Counted from the whole stretch's first letter, positions 50,942 through 62,419 are shown. The stretch is DNA of 63,584 nucleotides, filler included, from Acidimicrobiia bacterium (GCA_041577335.1; 6 parts of 4 records of this genome joined end to end with filler, not necessarily neighbours in it); one strand, 5' to 3'. Program-made: numbers and translations. The notes: generated by a model from the letters alone, not told the origin.

Positions 50942-52684
50942 ATGGCCTACGACCGCGATGACATCGAGAAGATCCGGCAGTCGGTCAACATCGTCGAGCT
51001 CATGGAGGCGGTGACCACCGTCCGCAAACGAGGTCGCTCGTTCAAGGCGATCTGCCCGTTCCATCAAGAGAAGACCCCCTCGGTGTCGCTCGATCCGGCC
51101 CGAGGGCTGTTCCACTGCTTTGGCTGCGGCGCCGGTGGCGACATCTTCAAATTCGTCATGGAATCCCAGGCGATGAGCTTCAACGAAGCAGTGGAGCACC
51201 TCGCCCAACGGGCGGGTGTGACCTTGCGAGTCGATCCGGCGGCTGCCCGTCGTCGCAGCGAACGTAAGCGCCTCACCGATGCCATCGAAGCAGCGGTTGT
51301 GTTCTACAAGGAGCGTCTCAAGACTGGATCGGATGCGGGCGGCGCCCGCTCGTACGTCCGGTCGAGGGGGTACGACGCAGCCGTCGTGGAAGAGTTCGAA
51401 ATCGGCTACTCGCCGGATTTACCGGGGAGAAACGATCTGGTGCGGGCTCTCAAGGATCAGGGGTTCACCAACAGTCAGATGATCACGGCCGGCCTGGCAC
51501 GACGAGGTCGCCAGGGCGGCGTGATCGACTGGTTCAACGGACGGCTCATGTTTCCCATCCGCAACCTCAGTGGCGACGCCGTGGGGTTCGGGGCGCGACT
51601 TCTCGAAGGCGACGGCCCCAAATACCTGAATACTCCCGAGACCAAGCTGTATCACAAGGCGTCTTTGCTCTACGGCCTTGATCGCGCCAAAGCCGCAATC
51701 ACCCGCACCGGATACTCGATCGTCGTGGAGGGCTACACCGACGTCATCGCACTACACCGGGCAGGCCTGCCGCTGGCGGTCGCGTCATGCGGGACGGCAC
51801 TGGGCGAGGAGCATTTTGATTTGTTGCGCCGCTTCTCCGATCGCATCGTGTTGGCCTTCGACGCCGACCAGGCAGGGGCCGGAGCCGCGATTCGCGGCGA
51901 TGAGCTACATCTCCCTGCTGAGCTCGGCCTCGATCTCCGGGTGGCAGTGATGCCCGAAGGCCGCGACCCGGCCGATCTCGTCCAGGACGGTGACACGACA
52001 CTTCTCACCGTGGCCGTCGAGACGTCGGTTCCGCTGCTGCAATTTCGCCTCGAGCGCGAAGTGACCGCATTCCCGCTCGACGAGCCCGAAGGTCGGTCGC
52101 GGGCGGTGGCCGCCACGGCGCCGATGATCGCCCGACTCTCCGACCACGTGATGCGGGTCGAGTACAGCCGCTACGTAGCCAAACTCACCGGGACCGACGC
52201 GTCGGCGGTTGAACAGGCCGTTGAGCGTGCTCGGCGCTCACGAGGGAGCGCCCGCCCGTCTCCCGCTCCACCTGCCGAGAGCGCTCCTGAGAGCTACCCT
52301 CCACCGCACACCGGGCAGGAACGCGCCGAGCTCGATCTGCTGCGCCTGGTGGCGGCGCAAAAGACCGGAACCTTCCCGGTGACCGAATCGTTGTTTACTC
52401 GCTCCGACTACCGCGCCGTACTGGGGGTGTTGGAGTCGACCCCGGTCGACGCCATCGAGGATGAAGGGATTCGATCGTTCGTCAGGAGGTTGCTTCTCGA
52501 TGATCGGCCCGAAGCCGATCCCGAGGAGCTCTACCGGCGGTTGGACGGGTGGCGCTTGGATCGGCGGATCTCCGAAGTGCGATCTGCGATCGAACGTTCC
52601 GACCCACAGGATCGAACCTATACCACTCTCATGGAAGAGTTGATAGCGTTGGAGCGAATCCGCCGAGAGTCAGAGAACGAATGA
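50942..52684 (+). CDS. dnaG: DNA primase
   Basis: CPFH..CFGC Zn finger, [28 protein letters not shown]. Confidence 0.97.
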   Translation: MAYDRDDIEKIRQSVNIVELMEAVTTVRKRGRSFKAICPFHQEKTPSVSLDPARGLFHCFGCGAGGDIFKFVMESQAMSFNEAVEHLAQRAGVTLRVDPAAARRRSERKRLTDAIEAAVVFYKERLKTGSDAGGARSYVRSRGYDAAVVEEFEIGYSPDLPGRNDLVRALKDQGFTNSQMITAGLARRGRQGGVIDWFNGRLMFPIRNLSGDAVGFGARLLEGDGPKYLNTPETKLYHKASLLYGLDRAKAAITRTGYSIVVEGYTDVIALHRAGLPLAVASCGTALGEEHFDLLRRFSDRIVLAFDADQAGAGAAIRGDELHLPAELGLDLRVAVMPEGRDPADLVQDGDTTLLTVAVETSVPLLQFRLEREVTAFPLDEPEGRSRAVAATAPMIARLSDHVMRVEYSRYVAKLTGTDASAVEQAVERARRSRGSARPSPAPPAESAPESYPPPHTGQERAELDLLRLVAAQKTGTFPVTESLFTRSDYRAVLGVLESTPVDAIEDEGIRSFVRRLLLDDRPEADPEELYRRLDGWRLDRRISEVRSAIERSDPQDRTYTTLMEELIALERIRRESENE

Positions 52685-52691
52685 GCGGCCG

Positions 52692-53840
52692 ATGAACGAA
52701 GAAGTCGAAAAGATCATTGGCCTCTTGGCGAAGCGTGGGACCCAACGCGGCTTCCTGACGATGGGGGAGGTCCAACAAGACCTGGAAGACGCCGACGCCC
52801 CGGCGGAGAGTTTCGAGCTCGTCTTCGAGTCGCTCAACAAACAGGGTATCCGGGTGGTGGAAGACAGCGCTCTTGAAGTGCTCGACGACCCCATTCTCGA
52901 CGATGACTCCGTGCCGCTTTCAGACCCGGTTCGGATGTATCTCCAGCAGATCGGCCGCGTGCCGCTGTTGACGACGCAGCAAGAGGTTGAGCTGGCCATG
53001 GCGGTCGAAGCCCGCTCGCGCGCCAAGGTCAAACTGGCCGCGATGGCCGAATCCGGAGTTGAGCCTTCGGCAGAGGACCGGGCGATTCTCTCTCGCCAGG
53101 TTCGCCAGGGAGACCGCGCCGAGAAGCGGCTGGTCGAGGCCAACCTGCGGCTGGTCGTCTCCATCGCCAAGAAGTATGTCGGGCGCGGCATGGCCCTGCT
53201 CGACCTCATCCAAGAAGGCAATCTCGGCCTGATGCGGGCGGTGGAGAAGTTCGACTACCGCAAAGGTTTCAAATTCTCGACGTACGCCACCTGGTGGATC
53301 CGCCAGGCGGTTACTCGGGCGCTGGCCGATCAGGCGCGCACCATCCGAGTCCCTGTGCACATGGTGGAGACCATCAACAAGTTGGCCAAGGCGCAGCGTG
53401 ACCTCCTGCAAGACCTGGGACGTGAGCCGACCATCGACGAGATCGCCCGCGACCTCGAGGTAGAGCCCGGCCGGGTCACCGAGCTCCGCAAACTGGCGAT
53501 GAGCCCGCTGTCGCTCGAGTCACCGCTCGGAGCAGAAGAGGATTCCACGTTGGGCGACTTCGTCGAGGATCTCGACGCCGAGGTCCCGGTCGAGGTTGCG
53601 TCCTTCAAACTCCTCCAGGAGTACATGGCCCATGCGCTCGAAGACCTCAACGAGCGAGAACGGCGGGTTCTCATCCTCCGTTACGGGCTCGACGACCAGC
53701 CACCGCGAACCCTCGAACAAGTCGGCGCCGAGTTCAACGTAACCCGCGAGCGGATCCGGCAACTCGAGACGAAAGCGCTCGCCAAGCTGCGCCATCCCAT
53801 GCGCAGCAAGAAGCTCGAAGGGTTTCTCGAAGACAACTAG
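52692..53840 (+). CDS. rpoD: Primary sigma factor RpoD/SigA
   Basis: [42 protein letters not shown]. Confidence 0.96.
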   Translation: MNEEVEKIIGLLAKRGTQRGFLTMGEVQQDLEDADAPAESFELVFESLNKQGIRVVEDSALEVLDDPILDDDSVPLSDPVRMYLQQIGRVPLLTTQQEVELAMAVEARSRAKVKLAAMAESGVEPSAEDRAILSRQVRQGDRAEKRLVEANLRLVVSIAKKYVGRGMALLDLIQEGNLGLMRAVEKFDYRKGFKFSTYATWWIRQAVTRALADQARTIRVPVHMVETINKLAKAQRDLLQDLGREPTIDEIARDLEVEPGRVTELRKLAMSPLSLESPLGAEEDSTLGDFVEDLDAEVPVEVASFKLLQEYMAHALEDLNERERRVLILRYGLDDQPPRTLEQVGAEFNVTRERIRQLETKALAKLRHPMRSKKLEGFLEDN

Positions 53841-53847
53841 CGGCTGG

Positions 53848-55236
53848 TCAGTCCTCGCCCACGGCGGCAGCGACGGCCCCGGCAACGGCCGAGGCAACAT
53901 CAGGGTTGAACACCGACGGGATGATGTACGAGGCGCTCCGCTGAGCGTCGGTCACCACCGCCGCGATCGCTCGTGCGGCGGCAACCTTCATCGGCTCGGT
54001 GATCTTGGTGGCGTGGGCGTCGAGCGCCCCCCTGAAAACACCCGGGAACGCCAACACGTTGTTGATCTGATTGGGAAAGTCGGATCGCCCGGTGGCAACC
54101 ACTGCTGCGTACTTCCTGGCACCGCGAGGGTCGACCTCGGGGTCGGGGTTGGCGAGTGCAAACACGATCGGGTCGGGTGCCATGCGGGCGATGTCCTCAG
54201 GCTGGAAGAGGTTGGCAGCGCTCACGCCGATGAAGACGTCGACGCCATCGAGAATATCCACGATGTCGCCTGACCGTCCGTCGGTGTTTGTGTTGTCCGC
54301 CAGCCACTGTTTGGAAGCGTCGGCGAACTCGCGCCCCTTGTGAATGATGCCCTTTGAGTCGGCGGCGATGATCTCTCCGACGCCATCGGCGAACAGGATT
54401 TTGGCGATTGCCACGCCGGCCGCACCGGCTCCGACGAGAGCAACCGATATATCCTTCTTGCTCTTGCCGACCACCCGGAGGGCGTTGGTGAGCGCCGCCA
54501 GCACCACGATGGCGGTGCCGTGCTGGTCGTCATGGAACACCGGGATGTCGAGCCGCTCCCGAAGCTTGGCCTCGATCTCGAAGCATCGGGGAGCGGAGAT
54601 ATCCTCGAGGTTGATCCCTCCGAACACCGGAGCGAGCATCTCGCAGGCGCGAACGATCTCGTCGGTGTCCTTCGAGTCCAGGCAGATGGGAAACGCATCG
54701 ACGCCTGCGAATCGCTTGAAGAGCGCCGCCTTCCCCTCCATGACCGGCAGGGCAGCCACAGGGCCGATATCGCCGAGCCCGAGCACGGCCGTACCGTCGG
54801 TGACGATTGCCACCATGTTGCCCTTGATCGTCAGGTTGCGCGCATCTGACGGGTTTTTCGCAATGGCGGCCGATACTCGGGCAACGCCCGGCGTGTAAGC
54901 CATCGACAGCTGATCTCGCGTGCGCAGGGCCACCCTGGAGGTGACCTCGATCTTCCCGCCCAGATGCATGAGGAACGTCCGATCAGAGACGTGATGTACA
55001 TGCACGCCTTCGACTGCCTCGATTGCGGCAGAGATGGCCTCGGAGTGGTCGACGTTGCGGGCGTTGGCCGTGATGTCGACGATCATGCCTCGCTCGTCGG
55101 TCTCCACGAAGTCGAGTGCCGACACGGCACCTTCTGCCTCTCCCACGGCGGTGGTCACCTTGCCGATGAGGGTGGGGTCGTCTGGGTCGACGATGATGCG
55201 CACCGTTATGGAATAGCCGGCGCTGGCGATAGCCAT
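53848..55236 (-). CDS. NAD(P)-dependent malic enzyme with N-terminal ACT-like domain
   Basis: AYTPGVA, PVMEGKA, VFHDDQHGTA, NQINNVLAFPG. Confidence 0.94.
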   Translation of the reverse strand: MAIASAGYSITVRIIVDPDDPTLIGKVTTAVGEAEGAVSALDFVETDERGMIVDITANARNVDHSEAISAAIEAVEGVHVHHVSDRTFLMHLGGKIEVTSRVALRTRDQLSMAYTPGVARVSAAIAKNPSDARNLTIKGNMVAIVTDGTAVLGLGDIGPVAALPVMEGKAALFKRFAGVDAFPICLDSKDTDEIVRACEMLAPVFGGINLEDISAPRCFEIEAKLRERLDIPVFHDDQHGTAIVVLAALTNALRVVGKSKKDISVALVGAGAAGVAIAKILFADGVGEIIAADSKGIIHKGREFADASKQWLADNTNTDGRSGDIVDILDGVDVFIGVSAANLFQPEDIARMAPDPIVFALANPDPEVDPRGARKYAAVVATGRSDFPNQINNVLAFPGVFRGALDAHATKITEPMKVAAARAIAAVVTDAQRSASYIIPSVFNPDVASAVAGAVAAAVGED

Positions 55237-55357
55237 GATGTCTCTCTTTGATCGGGTCGGTCACCTCAATGTTATGCGGCCTGCTGCGGGGAACGGCGAC
55301 CATCTCCGGCTTTTGTGCTGGTAACCTGCCCGCCGCGGACAGTTCCTGTTCATCCTT

Positions 55358-55433
55358 TCCGGGGTAGCTCAATTGGCAGAGCGTCGGACTGTTAATCCGC
55401 AGGTTGTGGGTTCGAGTCCCACCCCCGGAGCCA
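55358..55433 (+). tRNA. tRNA-Asn (GTT)
   Basis: Cloverleaf: TCCGGGG/CCCCGGA acceptor, TAGCTCAATTGGCAGAGC D arm, CT-GTT-AA loop, GTTCGAG T loop, encoded CCA. Confidence 0.97.
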
Positions 55434-55501
55434 CTCAATTCCCTTCCTGGCGTAGGCTCGAGGGCGCGCGTACGCGTCGAGCACCACCCGAGAGGGAGAC
55501 C

Positions 55502-56137
55502 ATGGCAGCCGGAAATTCTCTTGCGAAGAGAGTGATTCGGCGCCTCACCGGCCGTCGGCCGACCAGTCAGGAACTCTGGCAATGGAAATGGGCGACGAGA
55601 GGCCATGAGGGCTCCCAGGCGCCCAGGGGTTTGGATCGTTTGCCGACCGTGATCGAGTCGGCGATCGAATCAGGCTGGTTCCGCAGCGGAACATCGTTGT
55701 TGGATATCGGCTGTGGCGCCGGTGATATGGCCGCCATGCTGGCGGCCCGAGGCTTCGACACACTCGGTATCGACTTCGCGCCTGCTGCGATCGAACTCGC
55801 TCGGGAATCGCACCTCGGACACGAACCCATCACCAGCCTCCGGTTCGAGGTGGCCGACTTGGCGACCGACACGACGGGGCTGGGGGTCTTCGAGAATCTC
55901 GTTGACCGTGGTTGTTTCCATTGCCTCGATGTCTCCGACCACGGCGCCTATGGGCGCAATGTGGCGGCCATGAGCTCACCCGGTGCTCGCTTCTTGATGA
56001 TCTGCGGGCTCGGCGCCGTCTCAGCGGCGACGCGCGAAAAGCACGTCCGGGCGGCGCTGGAGGAATTCTTTGTGCTCGAAGGCGTCGATGACGGTGGGGG
56101 CGCCGACGGCCTGGCCCTCTGGATGATCCGACGCTGA
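55502..56137 (+). CDS. Class I SAM-dependent methyltransferase
   Basis: LDIGCGAG, GIDFAP, DRGCFH; RBS GAGGGAG. Confidence 0.85.
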   Translation: MAAGNSLAKRVIRRLTGRRPTSQELWQWKWATRGHEGSQAPRGLDRLPTVIESAIESGWFRSGTSLLDIGCGAGDMAAMLAARGFDTLGIDFAPAAIELARESHLGHEPITSLRFEVADLATDTTGLGVFENLVDRGCFHCLDVSDHGAYGRNVAAMSSPGARFLMICGLGAVSAATREKHVRAALEEFFVLEGVDDGGGADGLALWMIRR

Positions 56138-56164
56138 CCGCTGCGGACGCCCATCAGATGGTGA

Positions 56165-57550
56165 TCACACGGTGAAAGTCTCGCCAAACTGGGGCATGGA
56201 GACCGTGCCCGCCTCCAACAACTCGGAGAAGTTCTCCATCACTTCCTCTTCGCCGTGAACGAGGAACGTGTGGTCAGCGGCGACCGAGCGATGCCAGGCG
56301 AGCAGCTCGTCGCGGTCGGCATGGGCCGAGAATCCGTTGATGGTGTGGATTTGTGCCTTGACTGGGATCTCTTCTCCGAAGATGCGCACTTCTTCGGCGC
56401 CGTCCACGAGTCTCCTGGCCAGGGTGCCGGCGGCGGCGAATCCGACGAGGATCACGCTGGCGTTCTTGCGCCACAAGTTGTGTTTGAGGTGGTGGATGAC
56501 CCGTCCTCCGGTCGCCATCCCGGAACCGGCCATGATGACCGCTCCTCCGTCGATGTTGTTGAGAGCGATGCTTTCGGCTGTTTCCCGAGTGAAATGCAAC
56601 CCAGGCAGGAGGAAAGGATCTTTCCCGCTCCGGAACAGCTCGGCGACGTCGTCGTCATACCCTTCCGGGTGCCGCCTGAAGATTTCGGTTGCCGAGATGG
56701 CCATCGGCGAATCGAGATAGACCGGCAGCGCCGGGGGAAGGCGGCCATGCTCGACACCTTCGCGCAGGTAAAAGAGGACCTCTTGGGCACGCTCGAGCGC
56801 AAACGTCGGGATGATCACGTTGCCGCCGCGCCGGATCGTGTCTCCGACGACTTGTTCGAGCTCCTCCACCGAAGGTGCCAGGGCCCTGTGGAGGCGGTCT
56901 CCATACGTCGTCTCCATCACCACCGCATCGGCGCCTGGCACGGTGACCGGCGGACGCAACAAGGGACGGCCGGCATTGCCGATATCACCGGAGAAGGCGA
57001 TGGCTCGTTGGGCGCCGCTTTCCTCCGCTTGGAGGAGGATGCTCGCCGAGCCGAGGATGTGTCCGGCGTCGGTGAAGGTCGCTTCGAGCCCCGGGGCGAT
57101 CTTCAGAGGCTCGTTGTAGGAAGCGATGCGTCCGAAGTACTCGAAGGTCTTCAGGGCGTCGAGGACCCCATAGAGGGGTTCGACCAAATCGTCCTTACCT
57201 TGGCGGGCGGCTCGTTTGGCGTCCCGGCGTGCCTCCGACTCGTGAAGGTGGGCCGAATCGAGGAGAACCACTCGCACGAGCTCCTGAGTGGCACTGGTGG
57301 TGATGATCTCGCCGCGGAAACCTCGCTTGACGAGAAGCGGCAAGCGACCGCAATGATCGAGGTGGGCGTGGGTCAGGAGGAGGACGTCGATGGAGGCAGG
57401 TTCGAAGCCGAAGTCTTCCTCGTTTTCTTCGGCGAGCGAGCGTCCCCCCTGATACATGCCGCAGTCGATGAGCACCCGCTGCCCGCCGGCCTCGACGAGA
57501 TGGCAAGAGCCGGTGACCTGCCGGTCAGCGCCGTGGAACGAAAGCTGCAT
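56165..57550 (-). CDS. MBL/beta-CASP nuclease (YSH1-like)
   Basis: VTGSCH, THAHLDH, AGHILG, ETTYGD, FSAHAD, LVHGE. Confidence 0.93.
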   Translation of the reverse strand: MQLSFHGADRQVTGSCHLVEAGGQRVLIDCGMYQGGRSLAEENEEDFGFEPASIDVLLLTHAHLDHCGRLPLLVKRGFRGEIITTSATQELVRVVLLDSAHLHESEARRDAKRAARQGKDDLVEPLYGVLDALKTFEYFGRIASYNEPLKIAPGLEATFTDAGHILGSASILLQAEESGAQRAIAFSGDIGNAGRPLLRPPVTVPGADAVVMETTYGDRLHRALAPSVEELEQVVGDTIRRGGNVIIPTFALERAQEVLFYLREGVEHGRLPPALPVYLDSPMAISATEIFRRHPEGYDDDVAELFRSGKDPFLLPGLHFTRETAESIALNNIDGGAVIMAGSGMATGGRVIHHLKHNLWRKNASVILVGFAAAGTLARRLVDGAEEVRIFGEEIPVKAQIHTINGFSAHADRDELLAWHRSVAADHTFLVHGEEEVMENFSELLEAGTVSMPQFGETFTV

Positions 57551-57785
57551 TTCCGGTTCCTTTCAATCGAGAAGAATCATCATTGGTTTCCGGGAAGGGC
57601 GCGATTCCGTTTGCCACGTGGCACGAGGACGTTCGCGGGTCGGGGTGTGGCGATGTCCGGAACCTCCCGCGGCGAGCGACTCAGCATTGTACGGCGCGGC
57701 TCGGTGTCCGATGCTGCGACCCGGAGGACATTCACGCGAGGTGCTGCTTCGCCTCCGCCGGCCCAACCGCCACTAGCCTCCCGCC

Positions 57786-59074
57786 ATGCGCGCCAGGTTC
57801 GACGACTTGCGGCCCACTCACCGGCTCTCGTTCGGTTTCGACGGGCTGATCGACGAGATCGCCGCTCATCGGGTCGAGGACGTGTTGCCTGCCCTGCAGC
57901 GGGCCGAGCGCGCCGCTCAAGACGGCTACTGGGTGGCTGGTTACGTCGGCTACGAGGCAGCTCCCGCCTTCGACGACTTTGCGGTGGTGGGGCGCCGGCC
58001 AGCGGAGGGTCATCGCTTCCTCCCGCTGGTGTGGTTCGGCGTCTTTGCCGAGCGGGTGGAGGAGCCCGCCTGGCCTCCACCGGGGAGCTACGCATTGGGG
58101 GAGTGGTCGGCGTCGGTCTCCCGGGCTGAGTACGACGATGCCATCCGTCGGATTCGCGAACACATCCGCCAGGGGGACACCTACCAGGTCAACTACTCCA
58201 TGCGCCTCCGGGCGGCGTTCTCCGGCGATCCGGTTGCGTACTACCGCGACCTGTGCGCCGCCCAATCGGGCGGTTACGGCGCCTATCTCGACACCGGTCG
58301 TTTTCGAGTGCTGTCCGCCTCACCGGAGCTGTTCTTCGAACGGATCGGGCCCAAGATCAGGACTCGTCCCATGAAGGGCACCGTCGGGCGCGGCCGCTTC
58401 ACCAGCGAAGACGAGGAGCGGAGAGAAGCGCTCGTTGCGTCGGTGAAAGATCGCGCTGAGAACGTGATGATCGTCGACCTTCTCCGCAACGATCTCGGCA
58501 GAGTCGCCGAGTTTGGCACCGTCCGCGTCGACGCCCTCTTCGAACCTGAGCGTTACGACACTCTGTGGCAGTTGACATCGACCATATCGGGCTCCATCGC
58601 CTCGCACGTTTCGACGACGGATGTGTTTCGGGCGCTGTTTCCGTGCGGGTCCATCACGGGAGCACCCAAGGTGCGAACCATGGAAATCATCGCAGCCACC
58701 GAAGCGGGCGCCCGCGGCGTCTATTGCGGAGCGATTGGGTACCTGAGCCCCTCGGCGCACGGCGAGGCGCCTGACATGGCCTTCTCGGTTGCCATACGCA
58801 CCGTGGTTGTGGACATGGTGGAAGGGGACGCCGAATACGGGACCGGCGGCGGCATCACCTACGACTCGTCGGCCGAGAGCGAATACCGCGAGGCGATGGT
58901 GAAGGCGGAGGTGCTCACCCGCAGCAAAGCCTCCTTTCGGCTGTTGGAGACCGTGCGCTGGGACCCAGACGAGGGCTTCGCGCTCCTCGATGAGCATCTC
59001 GGGCGCCTGGCGGACTCGGCTGCCTACTTCGGGATCTCCGTGGATCTCGGTGACGTCTTGGCCGCCATGAAGCG
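57786..59074 (+). CDS. pabB: Aminodeoxychorismate synthase PabB, probably fused to a PabC-like lyase domain (3' truncated)
   Basis: GDTYQVN, SPELF, PMKGT, AENVMIVDLLRND, SITGAPK, VAIRT; then LLETVRW..LLDEHLGRL..SA.YFG. Confidence 0.92.
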
Positions 59075-59174
59075 NNNNNNNNNNNNNNNNNNNNNNNNNN
59101 NNNNNNNNNNNNNNNNNNTTAATTAATTAANNNNNNNNNNNNNNNNNNNNNNNNNNNNNNNNNNNNNNNNNNNN
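59075..59174. other. Artificial contig linker
   Basis: N-run/TTAATTAATTAA/N-run. Confidence 0.99.
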
Positions 59175-59653
59175 CCGGCGTCGCCGGCCGTGGTGGCGGG
59201 ACGATGGGAAGCCCGCTGCGGTGGCGGATCGACAAGCTGTGGCAGGCCGGCAATGAGTTCGCCCAGCTCCTTCCGACCGACTTCTTTGGCGGCCTCGTCA
59301 ACCGGGAGCCAGCGTCGGCGGCGAAGGCTCGACTCCGGCCACTCCGCCAGCTCGTGGTGAACCAACATCGGGTACACCTCCACCTCGCATGTCCCTCCCC
59401 ATTTTTGATAGCGGTACCGACCGAGGGGTGTGATTCCGACGGCGCCCTCGACCCCGGCCTCCTCCGCCGCTTCAGCGGCCGCCGATGCGGCGGGGCTCAG
59501 GCCCGGCTCGACAATTCCCTTCGGCACCACCCAACGCTTGCCGCCCGACGACGAGATGATGAGCACGTCGAGCTTCCCGTCCTTCCAGCGGTAGGGAACG
59601 ACCGCGGATTGGCGGTAGATCCATGCCGGGTAGGGTGTCGTGGGCACGGTCAT
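59175..59653 (-). CDS. NUDIX hydrolase (DIPP/Ap6A-like), open into gap
   Basis: QSAVVPYR, WVVPKG..EAAEEAGV Nudix box, WPES..RRRRW; RBS AAGGAGG. Confidence 0.88.
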
Positions 59654-60515
59654 CGGGGACCTCCTTCGATCCTTGGCGGAGCCGTCGTCGATGATCGTAG
59701 AAGCCGAATTGGCTGGACGCCACGTCATTGGACCGCGGCGGTTCGGGCGCGATCATCTCGATGTCTCACTCGCCTGTATTCGGATCGCCCATGGCCACGG
59801 GGCCCAACTCGATCAAACCCCAGGACAGGTACGAACCGCAGGGATTGCAAAGCCGGTCGTGCTCCGCTGGTGGCCACAACCTGACCTGACGTTGCATGCC
59901 GGTCGCCTCGCGAATTGGTGTGCTGCTGCCGATGATCATTAGAGGGCGGGCGGACGTCGAATCCAGGACTGGCCTGTTCGGAGTGCGCCGCCTTATCCTC
60001 CCTGTCGTCGGAGGATGATGTGATGGTGGAGCTTCTGCCAGAACTGCCGGACAGGTTCGTGTTCGGGGTGGTGTCGGGAGAAGGCGCGCATTTCGAGTTG
60101 AGCGTGCTCGAGGGCTCTCCCGTCGACCAGATGAGCGTGCGGTCCGAGGCTCTTGATGAGCTGGCTCGCGATGGGCCTCGTTCGGTTCTCCACGTGAGAG
60201 GAATGCCCTCGAACCGATAGAGAAGAAAAACACCGGGCAGGCGCAACTCGCAGAACCGGCTGCCACTCGCTTCGCTTCGTAATGCGGGCGGCTCCTTCTG
60301 ATGGTGCGAATCGATCAATCTGGCGGGCCAGGGGCTGCTCGTGTCATCCCGATCGATATGTTCATTTCAAGGCCGAGTGCGGCTGATGGGAATTGCTGCT
60401 TGCTGACGTTTTCCGAGAGCGCTCGGACACGTTCTGGTCGGCAGGTGTCTTGAGGAGGAGATGGGGGACGCAGAACCACCAGCCGGCTGTGGACTCGGCG
60501 AAAGGAGAACAAGGA

Positions 60516-60902
60516 ATGACGAATCGAGCCGATATTGAGGCGGACATCACCGCCACCTTGGGCATGGTGCCGAGTTTCTTCGGCCGCATTCCCGACAAGC
60601 TGATCGAGGCCGAGTGGGATCTCTTCAAGACCCTAGAGTTCGGGGAGACCAACATACCCAACAAGTACAAGGAACTCATCGGGGTGGCGATTCACTCGGT
60701 GACCCACTGCCAGTACTGCATTCTGTTTCACCAGGAGGCGGCCAAGCTCTTTGGGGCCACCGACGAGGAGATCCAGGAGGCGGTGCACTACGCCAAGTCC
60801 ACCGTCGGGTGGAGCACGTATCTGAACGGAATGCGGGAGGACTACGACCAGTTCGAGACCGAGTTGTCCAAGATCGGCGAGTTCCTGGCGGCCCAGGGCT
60901 AG
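60516..60902 (+). CDS. Carboxymuconolactone decarboxylase/AhpD-family protein
   Basis: KELIGVAI..CQYCILFH..GATDEEIQEA; RBS AAGGAG. Confidence 0.9.
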   Translation: MTNRADIEADITATLGMVPSFFGRIPDKLIEAEWDLFKTLEFGETNIPNKYKELIGVAIHSVTHCQYCILFHQEAAKLFGATDEEIQEAVHYAKSTVGWSTYLNGMREDYDQFETELSKIGEFLAAQG

Positions 60903-60906
60903 TCGT

Positions 60907-61113
60907 ATGAGAATCGAGCGGACTCGGCAGCCCCATTACGTCGTGGAGTTGCATGCCTACGAGTTGGCTCACCTGATGACGGCGGCTCGTTGGACTCTCG
61001 AGAACGGCGGGGGGCAGCTGCCGCCCGATGCGGTGAAAGGACTCCAGCGGATCGTTGAGAGCTACGACGAGCAGCTGGAGAAGCTCGGCGCCGAGTCCAA
61101 CTCGCCGGCCTGA
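60907..61113 (+). CDS. Small hypothetical protein (68 aa)
   Basis: ATG 4 nt after CMD stop, plausible codon usage, followed by inverted repeat. Confidence 0.6.
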   Translation: MRIERTRQPHYVVELHAYELAHLMTAARWTLENGGGQLPPDAVKGLQRIVESYDEQLEKLGAESNSPA

Positions 61114-61236
61114 ACCGGTTCCTTGTCTGTGCGGCCGACATCCGTCGGGCCATGGGCGCGGCGCCGCAGACAATCCGACAGGACTAGCCCCAATTTCCGT
61201 TAGGTCTTGAGGGCCGGTTCGGGAAAAGCCCTTCGT

Positions 61237-61418
61237 TCAGGGCCGGCTCAACAATTCCCTTCGGCACCATCCAACGCTTGCCACCCGACGACGAGATGAT
61301 GAGCACGTCGAGCTCCCGTCTATCCAGCGGTGAAGAACGACCGCCGACTGGCGGTAGATCCATGAGCGGCTGGACGCCACGTCATCGACCACGGCGGTTC
61401 GGGCGCCATCATCTCGAT
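61237..61418 (-). pseudogene. Degenerate duplicate of the NUDIX 5' region
   Basis: Aligns by eye with 59497-59625 then 59711-59762; 1-bp deletion and loss of RBS/start segment. Confidence 0.85.
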
Positions 61419-61711
61419 TCCATCGTTGGGCCATGGGCATCGTGGGGGCCGGTCTTCATAATCACACCGGGTACCCGACACGAGGCTGATGGGGTACAGT
61501 TTTTTGACCGGCGCTCCGGATGGCTCGGGGGCCCTTTTTGGCAACCACGGCGTCAATCCGACGTTGGTGAAGAAGCGAAAAAATACCTGATGGTGCCGAA
61601 CCCCCACGAGATACGTCTTCGACTCGCCCAACGAGAGCGCGATGGCCTCTTCGGGTGAGGCTCCAGCCCCACGAGAGCCAAACGCGACCCGGTGCTGGGG
61701 AAGCCGTGCAC

Positions 61712-62344
61712 GTGACACCGACGTCGCCTGACCGTTCCGCAACCGTGAGCCTCCGATTGAGAGTCGCCGTTGCCGCCTTCGCCCTCATCGCCGCCACCGT
61801 CTCAGCCGTGAGGGCGGTGCGTACCGGCCTCGACGGCGGCTCGACCGGCGTTGTCCTCGCCGCCGTGGCGTCTCTCCTCGCCCTACTCGGTGCAGCGGCC
61901 GCCTTTCGATCGCTACGTTTGGCCGCCCTGCTGCTCTCAGGCCCACTCCTGTTGGAGCTGCTCGTCCTCGACAGATACGGCAACGTCGCTCCTCCGCGGC
62001 TGATCAACGCGATCCCTCTGATGTTCGCGCTCGCACTGGCTCTCGTCTTCGGACGATCGAGTACCGGGCGAGCACCGGCACGGGGATCCCGTCTGCAGAA
62101 GATCGCGACAATCGTTGCGCTGGCGCTCATGGCGCCCATCGGTGTCGTCTACCTCGTCACCGGCCTCGTTGCGCCGGTGCCGGACGTCTACGGCGCCTAC
62201 ACCATCTTCGCCTTGCTGCTGGGCGGCGCCGTTTGGCTGGCCCGCCGGCGCAGCTGGTGGGTGGTGGCCATGCCCATCGTGTCCGCCGGCATCTGGCCAC
62301 TCATGATCTGGGCCGGCGAGACCTACCTCGACTGGTCCCCCTGA
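61712..62344 (+). CDS. Multi-pass membrane protein of unknown function
   Basis: About 7 hydrophobic segments; start uncertain (61655-61745). Confidence 0.65.
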   Translation: MTPTSPDRSATVSLRLRVAVAAFALIAATVSAVRAVRTGLDGGSTGVVLAAVASLLALLGAAAAFRSLRLAALLLSGPLLLELLVLDRYGNVAPPRLINAIPLMFALALALVFGRSSTGRAPARGSRLQKIATIVALALMAPIGVVYLVTGLVAPVPDVYGAYTIFALLLGGAVWLARRRSWWVVAMPIVSAGIWPLMIWAGETYLDWSP

Positions 62345-62419
62345 CGCAGCTCGTGCCGTCAAACCCCACAAGAGGGACCACCAGATCCGGCCGAGATCCG
62401 CTGCCATCGAATCGCTGCT

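Noticed and set aside
55358..59074. Genomic island integrated at tRNA-Asn
   Set aside because: No integrase, no tRNA 3' duplication and no evident compositional shift on this contig
16498..59174. Recurring TTAATTAATTAA flanked by Ns as a biological motif; gene linkage across these sites
   Set aside because: Artificial six-frame-stop linker; ORF-track proteins ending in X..LIN are artefacts
59763..60318. Short ORFs (e.g. 60020-60220) as genes
   Set aside because: No recognisable family; possibly decayed sequence, not supportable without a search
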